DNA from: Puniceicoccales bacterium
Lineage (GTDB): Bacteria > Verrucomicrobiota > Verrucomicrobiia > Opitutales > UBA9783
DNA length: 64,000 bases
Assembly: GCA_031258545.1 (NCBI GenBank)
Contig: JAIRMU010000001.1
Coordinates: 1,717 to 65,716, forward strand
Direction: 5' to 3'
Each line of letters opens with the position of its first letter. Positions within the stretch are counted from its first letter, which is position 1. Under the pieces are notes generated by a model. It was not told the DNA's origin. It was given only the letters and a program-made list of their open reading frames with translations, and made no database searches. Shown piece after piece: positions 28,573-37,717 of the stretch. The position numbers were made by a program, and so were the translations under genes.

Positions 28573-29823
28573 ATGGAAGGAATGCAACCAAAGCGGGTGG
28601 TAGTCACGGGACTGGGGACCGTTAATGCCTTAGGACACAACGTCGAAGACTTTTGGGCAGCATTGGTGGAAGGTCGTTCGGGCATTCGACCTTTGACAAA
28701 ATTTGATGCTTCCGAGTTACCTACCCAAATTGCCTCGGAAGTTGTCAATTTTGACCCATCGCGTTACATGGATGCAAAAGAGGCAAAACGGACGGATCCT
28801 TACGTACATTTCGCCGTTGCCGCCTCGCGCATGGCATTGCAGGACGCAAAATTTTCCATCACGCCAGAAGAGGCGGACCAATGTGGGGTGCTCATAGGCA
28901 CAGGCATTGGCGGGATGGCCAATATTCAAGAGCAGGCGTTTACTTTATTTTCTAAAGGACCGCGTAAAGTTTCCCCGTTCACGATACCATCCACTATTTG
29001 CAATATAGCCGCCGGAACCGTGGCCATCGAAGTCGGCGCACGTGGACCCAATTTCGGTGTCGTAAGCGCTTGTACATCGGGAGCACATGCCATAGGGGAG
29101 GCTTTTAACCTGCTGCGCTTTGGCGATGCAGAAGTTATGATTACGGGAGGCAGTGAGGCAGCTATCCAAGCCCTAGCATTTTCTGGATTTTGTGCCATGA
29201 AAGCCATGAGCACTCACTTTAACAACACGCCGGAATTAGCGAGTCGACCTTTTGATGCTCATCGTGATGGATTTATTATGGGAGAGGGTGCGGGTATTTT
29301 GGTATTAGAAACATTGGAACACGCACAAAAACGGGGTGCAAAAATCTACTGCGAGTTGATTGGGTACGCGGCCACATGCGATGCATTTCACATAACACGT
29401 CCGGATCCATCCGGCAAAGCACTGATTCAATGCTACAAAACCTTACTTCAAAAAGCACGTCTTAATCCGCATGAAGTGGATTACATCAACGTGCACGGAA
29501 CATCTACTTATTACAACGACTTGGTGGAAACGGAGGCCATTAAGCACGTTTTTGGCCCACACGCCTACAAACTCAACATTAGTTCCATCAAGTCTATGTT
29601 GGGACATTTACTGGGAGCTGCAGGAGCCGTAGAGGCTATCGCGACCGTAAAAACTTTGAGCACCCATATCATTCCACCTACCATAAATTACAAAACGCAA
29701 GACCCTGAATGCGATTTGAACTATACTCCCAATAAAGCGGTTACTAAACCTGTACACGTTGCCATCACCAATAATTTGGGCTTCGGTGGACAAAATGCAG
29801 CCCTACTATTTAAAAAATTCTGA
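28573..29823 (+). CDS. fabF: 3-oxoacyl-ACP synthase II
   Basis: Active-site Cys in SACTSGAHAIG, plus HGTST and GHLLGAAG motifs. Confidence 0.9.
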   Translation: MEGMQPKRVVVTGLGTVNALGHNVEDFWAALVEGRSGIRPLTKFDASELPTQIASEVVNFDPSRYMDAKEAKRTDPYVHFAVAASRMALQDAKFSITPEEADQCGVLIGTGIGGMANIQEQAFTLFSKGPRKVSPFTIPSTICNIAAGTVAIEVGARGPNFGVVSACTSGAHAIGEAFNLLRFGDAEVMITGGSEAAIQALAFSGFCAMKAMSTHFNNTPELASRPFDAHRDGFIMGEGAGILVLETLEHAQKRGAKIYCELIGYAATCDAFHITRPDPSGKALIQCYKTLLQKARLNPHEVDYINVHGTSTYYNDLVETEAIKHVFGPHAYKLNISSIKSMLGHLLGAAGAVEAIATVKTLSTHIIPPTINYKTQDPECDLNYTPNKAVTKPVHVAITNNLGFGGQNAALLFKKF

Positions 29824-29844
29824 TGTGAAATAGGGGAAAATACC

Positions 29845-30600
29845 TTTCCCAGAGGCGTGAAGTAATTTGCATAACTTTATTATTCAATGAGGGTAAATAC
29901 CTAGCCGTTTGCGGCGTGCGCTGGAATAACAGGGGGAGCGAGTATTTGTATAAGAACCACAATCCATATATTTTATTGTTTTGACTGCCGAATACCGAAA
30001 GCGGTGTGTAGCAAAGAAGTTGAAACAGAGGTCGTGAACATATGCAGAGGGCTTGAAACGCGTTACGGAGTACATTTTTTGGAAATGGGTGATGATAAGG
30101 GTCATGTGCATCCAATGGTGCAAAGTAGTCCAGTTTACCGCGCGACGAAATGGGGTACGATTATCAAAAGTATGATGGCGAAAGAAATTTTAGACGCTTT
30201 CCTTGGATAAAGAAACAACTGTGGGTAATGCTTTTTGGACGAATGGATATTTCGTAAATACGGTAAGCCAACATGGCAATGAGCAAGTAAATTATATAAA
30301 AACCCAAGGCACGTTGTAACAATAAACAGCTCGTACTCTTTACATAATATTTCGCTGCTTTGCCAAGGGGTCCTTTACTCACGCCTACCTAAATGTCCAT
30401 TGTTCCACCCATATTTTGTTACGCTTTGGGATAACTTCAAATAAACAGCCGTCAAGCTTGGGAAGTAGCACCGTGGTTAAACGTTTTCCTGCGCAAGTTG
30501 TCGGACGCTACTTAGGTATACAAACAAAGCCACGTGATTACTAACGCCCACGTAAGCATTATTATTCATTTCCCCAGAGGTCCCAATTGCAAATCTCGTT
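29845..30600 (+). mobile_element. decayed IS200/IS605-family insertion sequence (approximate limits)
   Basis: Contains the tnpA pseudogene. A related motif occurs near both proposed ends (TTTCCCAGAGG..AATTTGCA at 29845-29871 and TTTCCCCAGAGG..AATTGCA at 30569-30591). The size (~750 bp) fits IS200. Confidence 0.4.
29905..30319 (+). pseudogene. tnpA: IS200/IS605 Y1 transposase (tnpA) pseudogene
   Basis: Frame 1 reads IHIFYCFDCRIPKAV..VHFLEMGDDKGHVHPMVQSSPVYRATKWGTIIKSMMAKEILDAFLG*, which carries the HUH motif HVH. It continues after frame changes as KKQLW and then GNAFWTNGYFVNTVSQHGNEQVNYIKTQGTL*, which carries the catalytic Tyr region. There is no start codon and at least two frame disruptions at 30205-30226. 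Confidence 0.75.
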
Positions 30601-30690
30601 GCGGTACTTGCATCGAAATCGCCTGTGTTTAAATGTAGAGATCAACTAAAAGAGAGGAAGCCGTGTAGAATACCGTAATAATCGTCCACC

Positions 30691-31152
30691 TTATTCGACT
30701 TTTTGTAACTGACGAAGTATTTCATACCGAACAATCGCTACGCTGGAAGCAAGGTTGAGGGATCTTACGGCCGTATGCGTCATGGGAATCGTTAAGCGTC
30801 TATCCCACAATTGTTGATGTAACCAATCGGGGCACCCGCCACTCTCGTTCCCAAATAAGATGCCGTCTTCTTCTTCAAATTGTACATCCCAGTAGGGTCG
30901 ATCCGCATGTGTTGTCAACAGCCATAGACGTCTTGGACATTCGCTTTGGGCCAAAAATGCATCCCACGTTTCGTGTTCGTGAACATCTAAAAAACGCCAA
31001 TAGTCCATGCCACTGCGCTTTAAATATTTATTTTCCAAAGAAAAGCCCAGCGGATGAATTAAATGTAATGTCGTTTGTGTACAGGCACATAAACGTCCAA
31101 TGTTACCCGTATTTGGAGGAATTTCGGGCCTAAATAAGATAACGTGTATCAC
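30691..31152 (-). CDS. trmL: tRNA (cytidine/uridine-2'-O)-methyltransferase TrmL (SpoU/TrmH class)
   Basis: Near-colinear with E. coli TrmL: ILFRPEIPPNTGNIGRLCA, FGNESGG, and RSLNLASSVAIVRYE. Confidence 0.85.
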   Translation of the reverse strand: MIHVILFRPEIPPNTGNIGRLCACTQTTLHLIHPLGFSLENKYLKRSGMDYWRFLDVHEHETWDAFLAQSECPRRLWLLTTHADRPYWDVQFEEEDGILFGNESGGCPDWLHQQLWDRRLTIPMTHTAVRSLNLASSVAIVRYEILRQLQKVE

Positions 31153-31628
31153 GTTTTAGGGTGCCGCAAAGCTCTTGCAAGCTCTCGGTTTTCGGTTTTT
31201 TCTTTGAGACTTCGACGTTTATCAAATAACTTTTTAGCCGTACAAATTGCAATTTCAACCTTTGCCAAACCTGACTTAAAAAATATTTTCGTCACCAGAA
31301 TACTTTCGCCTTTTCGTTCTAATGCACCACGTATTTCATTGATTTCATTCGTATGGAGCAATAAAAAGCGAGATCTTAATGGATCGTGATTGTAAATACT
31401 TCCAAAACGATAATCATGAATATGCGCATTCATCAATACCGGACAACTTTTACGATCCAATCTCACAAATGCCTCCTCAATGGAGGAATTCCCCAAACGC
31501 AAAGACTTTACTTCCGTACCTGTTAAAACTAAACCTGCCTCAAATTTTTTACCAATGAAATAATCATGGCTCAATTTTCGATTAAAAATAACTTTCTGAG
31601 ATTCCTTTTTTGTTCCAGACATGGGCAC
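31149..31628 (-). CDS. smpB: SsrA-binding protein
   Basis: NRKLSHDYFI..EAGLVLTGTEVKSLR and LLLHTNEI motifs. 4-nt overlap with trmL. Confidence 0.9.
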   Translation of the reverse strand: MPMSGTKKESQKVIFNRKLSHDYFIGKKFEAGLVLTGTEVKSLRLGNSSIEEAFVRLDRKSCPVLMNAHIHDYRFGSIYNHDPLRSRFLLLHTNEINEIRGALERKGESILVTKIFFKSGLAKVEIAICTAKKLFDKRRSLKEKTENRELARALRHPKT

Positions 31629-31634
31629 AAAAAA

Positions 31635-31826
31635 CTATAACTCAAAGGTAATTTTTTTCTCAATAATTTCACGCAGGGCAATGTCTTCTAGGCTTAGTTT
31701 TTCTAACGAATGTACCCATGGTTCGGCGCCATTTTTCAGCTGCTTGACACGTTTGGAAACCAAGTTAATCAAAATATTTGGATTCGGTATCACCCTTTTA
31801 GCTTCATCTACTAGAGCATACTTCAT
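31635..31826 (-). CDS. rpoZ: probable RNA polymerase omega subunit
   Basis: 63 aa. IPNPNILINLVSKRVKQL resembles the conserved omega helix (NRY.LV..A.KRARQL). The call is weak. Confidence 0.45.
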   Translation of the reverse strand: MKYALVDEAKRVIPNPNILINLVSKRVKQLKNGAEPWVHSLEKLSLEDIALREIIEKKITFEL

Positions 31827-31907
31827 AATTTCATTCCTTTAAAAATAAAACTAGACACCCCCCTTATCCAATGCCGCACAAGCATTTTCTTTTACATTTA
31901 GAGGAGA

Positions 31908-32183
31908 CTAGCAAATACTTTTAAATTGGGCACTTGGTTTAAACTTAACAGTTTTTGAAGCTGCAATGTGAATCGACTTACCTGTTTGAGGATTGATCCC
32001 TTTGCGGGCTTTGCGTTCAGATACCGAAAAAGTACCAAAACCAACAAGTTGGACCACCCCATCTTTGGCAACGCCTGATTTAAATGCTTCAAGTACAGCA
32101 TTTAAAGCACGCTCTGCGCAAGCTTTTGTGGCATCTTTGCCTAATTTGTTTTGAATTTCAACGATTAATTCTGCTTTATTCAT
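31908..32183 (-). CDS. hup: HU/IHF-family DNA-binding protein
   Basis: MNKAELI..., GFGTFSVSERKARKGINPQTG, and a beta-arm Pro, all typical of HU. Confidence 0.85.
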   Translation of the reverse strand: MNKAELIVEIQNKLGKDATKACAERALNAVLEAFKSGVAKDGVVQLVGFGTFSVSERKARKGINPQTGKSIHIAASKTVKFKPSAQFKSIC

Positions 32184-32273
32184 AAAATTGAGTTAATTGA
32201 ACCTTTAGTTTTCAATTAATAGAAGCATTGAAAAAATCGAAGTCAATGCTATTTTTGCAAGAAAAACGATAAA

Positions 32274-32753
32274 ATGTACAAAAAATCAAACTTGGGGCTT
32301 ACTTTTTTAGAAGTAACCTTGTGTTTGCTCATTTTAGGGGTTTTAATAGATTGCACTGCGCGCTTATTGAAACGGTCACCCGCATTGGCGACTCGTCCTG
32401 ATCAGTTTGCCGCGATTCATGCGGCCATTGCGCCCATTATAAAAATCGGAAAACAAATTATATGGGGACAGGGTACGTTGCAGATTGAACTCGCCGGTGG
32501 TTGGGTTCACGTCGTCCTCCAATCGCAAAAACTCCCCCAGCAATCACAGGCTAAAGTTTTGTTTCTAGGCATTCCACCGCATTACCGCATACAATGGCAG
32601 CGTTGGCACAAGCATCGTAAATGCTGGACTCCGTTGGAGGAACAAAAAACCTACAAACATTTAAGATTTATAAAACTTATCCTAAGCCGTTCACCCGATG
32701 TTATCGCAGAAGAATTTATTTTTTCCACAGCGTTGGGAAAATATCATGCTTGA
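32274..32753 (+). CDS. prepilin-type N-terminal methylation-domain protein (minor pseudopilin-like)
   Basis: N-terminus KKSNLG/LTFLEVTLCLLILGVLI, with Gly at -1, Glu at +5 and a hydrophobic helix. The remainder is unassignable. Confidence 0.45.
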   Translation: MYKKSNLGLTFLEVTLCLLILGVLIDCTARLLKRSPALATRPDQFAAIHAAIAPIIKIGKQIIWGQGTLQIELAGGWVHVVLQSQKLPQQSQAKVLFLGIPPHYRIQWQRWHKHRKCWTPLEEQKTYKHLRFIKLILSRSPDVIAEEFIFSTALGKYHA

Positions 32754-32959
32754 AGGATACGCATTTGCTATCCGTCATGCACGGCATAAAATCTTGATGT
32801 AAAAAGCATTTGGACGTGTCAAAAATGAACTCTCTTTAAACGGTACGCACATTGCTCACCTCATCAAACTGTTTTTGACACACGCATCGTGGTGTAATTT
32901 TATAAAAAATGCATTGACACACTATGGATTGCAGCATTTTACTTAATAGACAAATACTT

Positions 32960-33088
32960 ATGAAAGTGGTTTCGTCGATTAAATCTCTGAAAACTCGACA
33001 CGCAAAATGTCAGGTGGTAAAGCGCAAGGGCCGTATCTACGTTATTTGCAAAGCAAATCCACGGTACAAGGCACGACAAGGATATTAA
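32960..33088 (+). CDS. rpmJ: 50S ribosomal protein L36, Zn-independent (YkgO-like) type
   Basis: The 42-aa [45 protein letters not shown] falls below the ORF-track cutoff. It lacks the CxxC..CxxxH zinc ribbon. Confidence 0.85.
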   Translation: MKVVSSIKSLKTRHAKCQVVKRKGRIYVICKANPRYKARQGY

Positions 33089-33110
33089 TTTTATACATTT
33101 GAGAAGTAAA

Positions 33111-33362
33111 ATGAAAAAAAATATACATCCCGATTATCATCCTGTTTGTTTTGTGGATGTTTCTTCGGGTAAACGTTTTTTAACCTACTCGACCATGGTT
33201 TCAAAAGGTAAAGAAATGATTAACGGGGTTGAACACTATATCGTGATTCGTGATGTTACGGCCGACTCGCATCCCGTGTATACGGGAGAAAAACGTTTCG
33301 TCGATTCAACGGGCCGTGTTGAAAAATTCCAACGCAAATTTGGACGTCGTTTGGTACGTTAG
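33111..33362 (+). CDS. rpmE: 50S ribosomal protein L31 type B
   Basis: MKKNIHPDYHPVCFVD...SHPVYTGEKRFVDSTGRVEKFQRKFG, with no CxxC pairs. The ATG at 33111 is preferred over the track's TTG at 33099. Confidence 0.85.
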   Translation: MKKNIHPDYHPVCFVDVSSGKRFLTYSTMVSKGKEMINGVEHYIVIRDVTADSHPVYTGEKRFVDSTGRVEKFQRKFGRRLVR

Positions 33363-33534
33363 CCACTGTATAAGTAAAGCTCCTCACACATGTAGGTGGG
33401 CGAGGTTATTTTCAATCAAATCTAAAAGTTTTTTTTCATTGCCATTTCATGTTGTTTGATTTATTATCAAGAAAAGGGTTTGATTTTGTGTTTCGCTAAA
33501 AACATTAAATCTTCTTGTAATAAACGATCTAGTT

Positions 33535-34896
33535 ATGCAATTCGACAAAGTACTTATCATAGATGATGAATTGGTAATCCGTAAGGCGCTGGAAGAGCAA
33601 TTACGTAATCTTAGATATACGGTCGCCTCCGTTTCAAGTTTAGCCGATGCAGAAAATGTTATCGGGAGAGACAACTTTGAGTTGGTATTTCTGGACGTTC
33701 GTTTGCCGGATGGAGATGGGACCCGATTATTGAAGCATTTTAATACGTTACCCGAAAATATAGAAAAACCCATTACGGTCGTGATCACAGGTTATGGATC
33801 CATTGAATCTGCGGTCGAATGCATGAAGTTGGGAGCTTTCGACTATATCATAAAACCTTTTTCCCTGCAGGAGATAGAAGTTGTTTTAAAGAAAGCGGAA
33901 TCCTACAGTCATTTGATCAAAGTAAATCAATTTTTTTCGTGTAACAGTGCCGAAGGAGATCTACAGCAGGAATTATTGGGAGAAGGACCTGCCGTTCAAC
34001 ACATTAAGACACTCATCAAAAAAGTGGCTTCGACCGAAGCAACCGTCTTGATTACCGGAGAAAATGGAACGGGAAAAGAATTGGTAGCCAGGGAAATTCA
34101 CCGACGGAGTCATTTGGCAAGCAGACCCTATATCACCGTTAATTGTGCAGCGATTGCGGAAAATCTAATCGAGAGTGAATTTTTTGGTCATGAAAAAGGT
34201 GCGTTTACGCACGCTTTGCAGAAAAGGATCGGTCGATTTGAGCTGGCAAACAATGGGACTATTTTATTGGATGAAATTGCTGAAATATCGCCACACCTGC
34301 AGGCGAAGCTCCTTCGGGTATTGCAAGAAAAAGAATTTGAGCGTGTTGGAGGTACAAAAACCCTAAAGGTAAATACGCGTGTTATTGCTTCCACCAATCG
34401 AGATTTAAGCAAATCGGTGGAGCGGGGTGACTTTCGGGAAGATTTGTTTTACCGCCTCAATGTATTTCCTATTGAAATTCCACCTCTACGTGAACGCGGC
34501 AATGATGTTCTTTTGTTGGCAGACTACTTTTTAAAACGCTATGCTCGCAAGCATGGTATAACGTTAAATGGATTTTCAGACGAAGCAAAAAATGCGCTTT
34601 TAGTTCATAAGTGGCCTGGCAACGTTCGTGAATTACAAAATACGATAGAGCGTGCTGTTATTTTATCCAATGACCAACAGGAAATTAATGAGAGAGCCTT
34701 AAATATATTACCCAATGCACACGTAAGCACAACATTACTGGAAGATCCAACCTTGGATTTAGAGGCCATTGAAAAAAAACATATCTTACACGTTTTAAAT
34801 ACGACACATGGCAATCGGACAAAAGCGGCCTCTCTTTTAAAAATTAGTACACGCACACTCAGCAATAAACTTAAACAGTACGCGCTTGCCAATTAA
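33535..34896 (+). CDS. sigma-54-dependent response regulator (NtrC family)
   Basis: Receiver domain (LIIDDE..., FLDVRLPDGDG), AAA+ domain (GENGTGKE, ILLDEI, GAFTHA loop, ESEFFGHEKG) and a C-terminal Fis-type HTH (NRTKAASLLKISTRTL). Confidence 0.85.
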   Translation: MQFDKVLIIDDELVIRKALEEQLRNLRYTVASVSSLADAENVIGRDNFELVFLDVRLPDGDGTRLLKHFNTLPENIEKPITVVITGYGSIESAVECMKLGAFDYIIKPFSLQEIEVVLKKAESYSHLIKVNQFFSCNSAEGDLQQELLGEGPAVQHIKTLIKKVASTEATVLITGENGTGKELVAREIHRRSHLASRPYITVNCAAIAENLIESEFFGHEKGAFTHALQKRIGRFELANNGTILLDEIAEISPHLQAKLLRVLQEKEFERVGGTKTLKVNTRVIASTNRDLSKSVERGDFREDLFYRLNVFPIEIPPLRERGNDVLLLADYFLKRYARKHGITLNGFSDEAKNALLVHKWPGNVRELQNTIERAVILSNDQQEINERALNILPNAHVSTTLLEDPTLDLEAIEKKHILHVLNTTHGNRTKAASLLKISTRTLSNKLKQYALAN

Positions 34897-35070
34897 CTAA
34901 AATCCTAACCCAACACAAAGCATTTCGAAGGCTTACCCCATACGCTTGGATGCTGTGCAAAAGGATATATTTACACATTTTCAAAGCGCTTCGCGTAACA
35001 AAGTCAAATTTTTTGAATACGTATCTAGCTTTTTAATGAGACATACCTCCATATCTCTTGCGTGAACAAA

Positions 35071-36042
35071 CTATCTTCTGGAGTCGGTATTGTTATCGGA
35101 CTGTTGATAAATATTTTTTAGGATGTAGCGGGGTCGTTTCTGAATAATTTGATACGTCCTCCCCACATACTCACCGATAAGGCCAATCCCTACGATAACC
35201 ACGCTCAACATGAAAAATAAAATGGCAAATAAGGTAAAAAGACCTTCAGCCTCGGGACCTATGCATAAACGTCTACCCAATATGTACAAAACGAGCAAAA
35301 AACTAAACCCCGATAGTGCAAACCCAAACAAAGTGAACAATTGCAAAGGTACGAGAGAAAATCCCGTCATCCAATCAAAGTGCGTTCGCAGCAAATAGTA
35401 CAATCCATACTTGGATTCACCCCTAAAGCGAGGAGCATGGCGCATACCTACCTCCGTATACCTTGAAGAAAATTTATAGGCCAAAGCGGGAATAAATGCG
35501 GTATAATCGCCACAGCGAACGATGGCATCAATAATGGAACGTTTGTAGGCCCTAAACATACAACCCTGGTCGGACATTTGTATGTCCGTAATTTTTGCAC
35601 GAATTTTATTGTTAAATTTTGAGGCCCAACAACGCCAACAAACGTCCTGTCGTTTACCCAAACGGTAGCTGCCCACATAATCGTAGCCTTCATCCATTTT
35701 TTCCAAAAGCTTTGGAATTTCTTCCGGAGGATTTTGTAAATCCGCATCGAGCGTAATCGTAATATCGCCACGCACGTGTTCGAATCCGGCCAATATCGCA
35801 TTGTGGTGGCCGAAGTTGCAATTGAAGTCTAGGATTCGGAAATAGTTGGGATGTCGATGGTACCATTCCAAAAGTTTTTGCATGGAATGATCTTTGCTGC
35901 CATCGTTGACGATAATAATTTCAAATGAGTGTTTTGTAGTTTCCAATACTTTGACCAGACGCGAACAAAGTTCATCTATGTTGGGTTCTTCGTTGTAAAC
36001 GGGAATAACAACTGAAATGTCCGGCGTACTTAATTCGCTCAT
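35071..36042 (-). CDS. family-2 glycosyltransferase, polyprenyl-phosphate sugar synthase (ArnC/DPM1-like)
   Basis: ISVVIPVYNEE, VNDGSKD and LDADLQNPPEE motifs, plus two C-terminal TM helices. Confidence 0.8.
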   Translation of the reverse strand: MSELSTPDISVVIPVYNEEPNIDELCSRLVKVLETTKHSFEIIIVNDGSKDHSMQKLLEWYHRHPNYFRILDFNCNFGHHNAILAGFEHVRGDITITLDADLQNPPEEIPKLLEKMDEGYDYVGSYRLGKRQDVCWRCWASKFNNKIRAKITDIQMSDQGCMFRAYKRSIIDAIVRCGDYTAFIPALAYKFSSRYTEVGMRHAPRFRGESKYGLYYLLRTHFDWMTGFSLVPLQLFTLFGFALSGFSFLLVLYILGRRLCIGPEAEGLFTLFAILFFMLSVVIVGIGLIGEYVGRTYQIIQKRPRYILKNIYQQSDNNTDSRR

Positions 36043-37661
36043 AGGCGGTTAGAGTATAAAATGAAATGCAAGTCCTGCGTCAAGATGTAAAACGGAACAT
36101 GGGTTATTTTCTTTTCAAAAACCTCCTTGTTGCGACGCCTAACGACCACATAGATTTTCTCTTTTGAGGCCCACGAGCGGACCAATTGTTCTTGAGAAAT
36201 GTAACGGTCGCATCCTTCCAGTTGATGTCCCAACAACTGTTCATCCGGCACGTGATCCACAATGCCCACGACTTGCTTTAGATAAAATGGTAAATCTTGA
36301 CAATACTCGTAGGCGCAGTAGACCATATTTGGCTTTTCGGAAGATTGCAAAATGACTTGGCTGACCCACGAGGCATTCAGTCGCTGAAAATAAGGGAAGA
36401 ATAAAGGAAGCATAAAATAGATGCCACACGTGGTTGTGGTGAGAAAGCTGAAGGAAAGTTTTGGACTTTTTTTCAAACAAACAAGTGCGCCCAAGGAGCC
36501 TGCAATCAAGACAAGCTCTGTGCTCACCAAGGCGAACTGCGGAAGAGGTTCCAAAGCCCTTTTGGCAACGATGCTGGGGAGCAGGTAACTCACGATCAAA
36601 AACGCTGCAGCCCAAATGATATATTCTATGCGACATCGCCGTAAAAAATGAGGTGTTGAAAATGCGTAGGCGAGTGGCAAGATAATGCCGGGAATGGCGG
36701 GCAAAATATACGGAATCAGTTGTGACTGCGAACGCGAGAAGAAGGCTATCAATAAAACGCTCCATAAACAGCCAAACCCCAAAATGTTACGACGGGTCTT
36801 TTCTCTGACTGATCTAAAACTGACCACAATGGCTCGTGGAAAAAAAAATGTCCACGGAATTAGACCCACCAGAAAGCTGACCGGTAAAAAATAAAATGGT
36901 TTCATTCGATTGTGCGTTGGCAGGAAGTAACGTTCAAAGTGTTCGTGCCAGAAATAAAACTTACAGAATGAAGCATGCTTAACCGCAATGGCATAGTGCC
37001 AAGGAAAATTGATGAGTAGGACGAGTAGAAAACCCCATACGACGTGCGCCTGTCGCATTTTTCGCCAATATCCCGTGTAAACAAGCCAAGGAATTCCAAT
37101 AAGGGCCGGGAAGACGATTCCAATGAGCCCTTTCGTTAAAATGGCAAATGCCATAAAAATGTACGCCAACCAAAAATGTCTTTGCGCACTGCGGCTGTCC
37201 GTCTCTAAAAATCCCCATGCAAAGGACAGAAGTGTCGCCGTTACGAAAAACCCCAGAGTCCCATCTAATGTCAACATTTGACTCATACCAAACATGAGTG
37301 CGCTGGTTCCCAATAATCCTGCAGCAATCGTACCTACCTTATAGTTAAAAAAATGAGCGCAAAAACGATAAACACTCAGGCACGTTAACAGCGTAAACAA
37401 CGTGTTAAAAAAACGGCCCCCCCATAAATTTTCACCAAAGATACGTTGACCTATTGCCGTACACCAATAAACAAAGGGAGGTTTTTCGAAGTACAGTATG
37501 CCATTTAATCGAGGCGTTATCCAGTCGCCCGATATCAACATTTCTCTGGCTATTTCAGCGTAACGCCCTTCATCGGGATTTGCCAAAGGTCGAAATGCAA
37601 TCTGCCAAAAAAAGAGTATGCTTAATAAAGCAAAAACCAAATACACACTCCATTTTTTCAT
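36039..37661 (-). CDS. ArnT/PMT-family (GT39/GT83) membrane glycosyltransferase
   Basis: N-terminal DEGRYAEIAREMLISGDWITPRLNGILYFEKPPFVYW signature, polytopic. 4-nt overlap with the downstream GT2 gene. Confidence 0.8.
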   Translation of the reverse strand: MKKWSVYLVFALLSILFFWQIAFRPLANPDEGRYAEIAREMLISGDWITPRLNGILYFEKPPFVYWCTAIGQRIFGENLWGGRFFNTLFTLLTCLSVYRFCAHFFNYKVGTIAAGLLGTSALMFGMSQMLTLDGTLGFFVTATLLSFAWGFLETDSRSAQRHFWLAYIFMAFAILTKGLIGIVFPALIGIPWLVYTGYWRKMRQAHVVWGFLLVLLINFPWHYAIAVKHASFCKFYFWHEHFERYFLPTHNRMKPFYFLPVSFLVGLIPWTFFFPRAIVVSFRSVREKTRRNILGFGCLWSVLLIAFFSRSQSQLIPYILPAIPGIILPLAYAFSTPHFLRRCRIEYIIWAAAFLIVSYLLPSIVAKRALEPLPQFALVSTELVLIAGSLGALVCLKKSPKLSFSFLTTTTCGIYFMLPLFFPYFQRLNASWVSQVILQSSEKPNMVYCAYEYCQDLPFYLKQVVGIVDHVPDEQLLGHQLEGCDRYISQEQLVRSWASKEKIYVVVRRRNKEVFEKKITHVPFYILTQDLHFILYSNRL

Positions 37662-37717
37662 AAAAACGATACCCTCTCGGCAAGGAACTGTTTAAGTTGC
37701 ATAAAAATTATTTATTG

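Noticed and set aside
30540-30625. Possible tnpB zinc-finger remnant (PRGPNCKSRCGTC in one frame)
   Set aside because: It is only a short CxxxC-like pattern in one frame with no flanking RuvC-like motifs, and there is too little space for tnpB. It is kept as a check within the IS finding, not as a feature.
30320-30690. Possible tmRNA (ssrA), given the ~370-nt non-coding stretch close to smpB
   Set aside because: On neither strand could I find the 5' GGGG.../3' ...CCCC(ACCA) acceptor pairing, a T-arm with a GTTCGAATC-type loop, or a tag ORF ending in a hydrophobic-AA stop. The region is better explained as the decayed IS right end.
32898-32907. TTTTATAAAA palindrome upstream of rpmJ as a Zur or Fur box
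   Set aside because: It is only a 10-bp pure-AT palindrome whose flanks do not extend the dyad, and it is not similar enough to known Zur boxes to call. It is left as a check under the L36/L31 finding.
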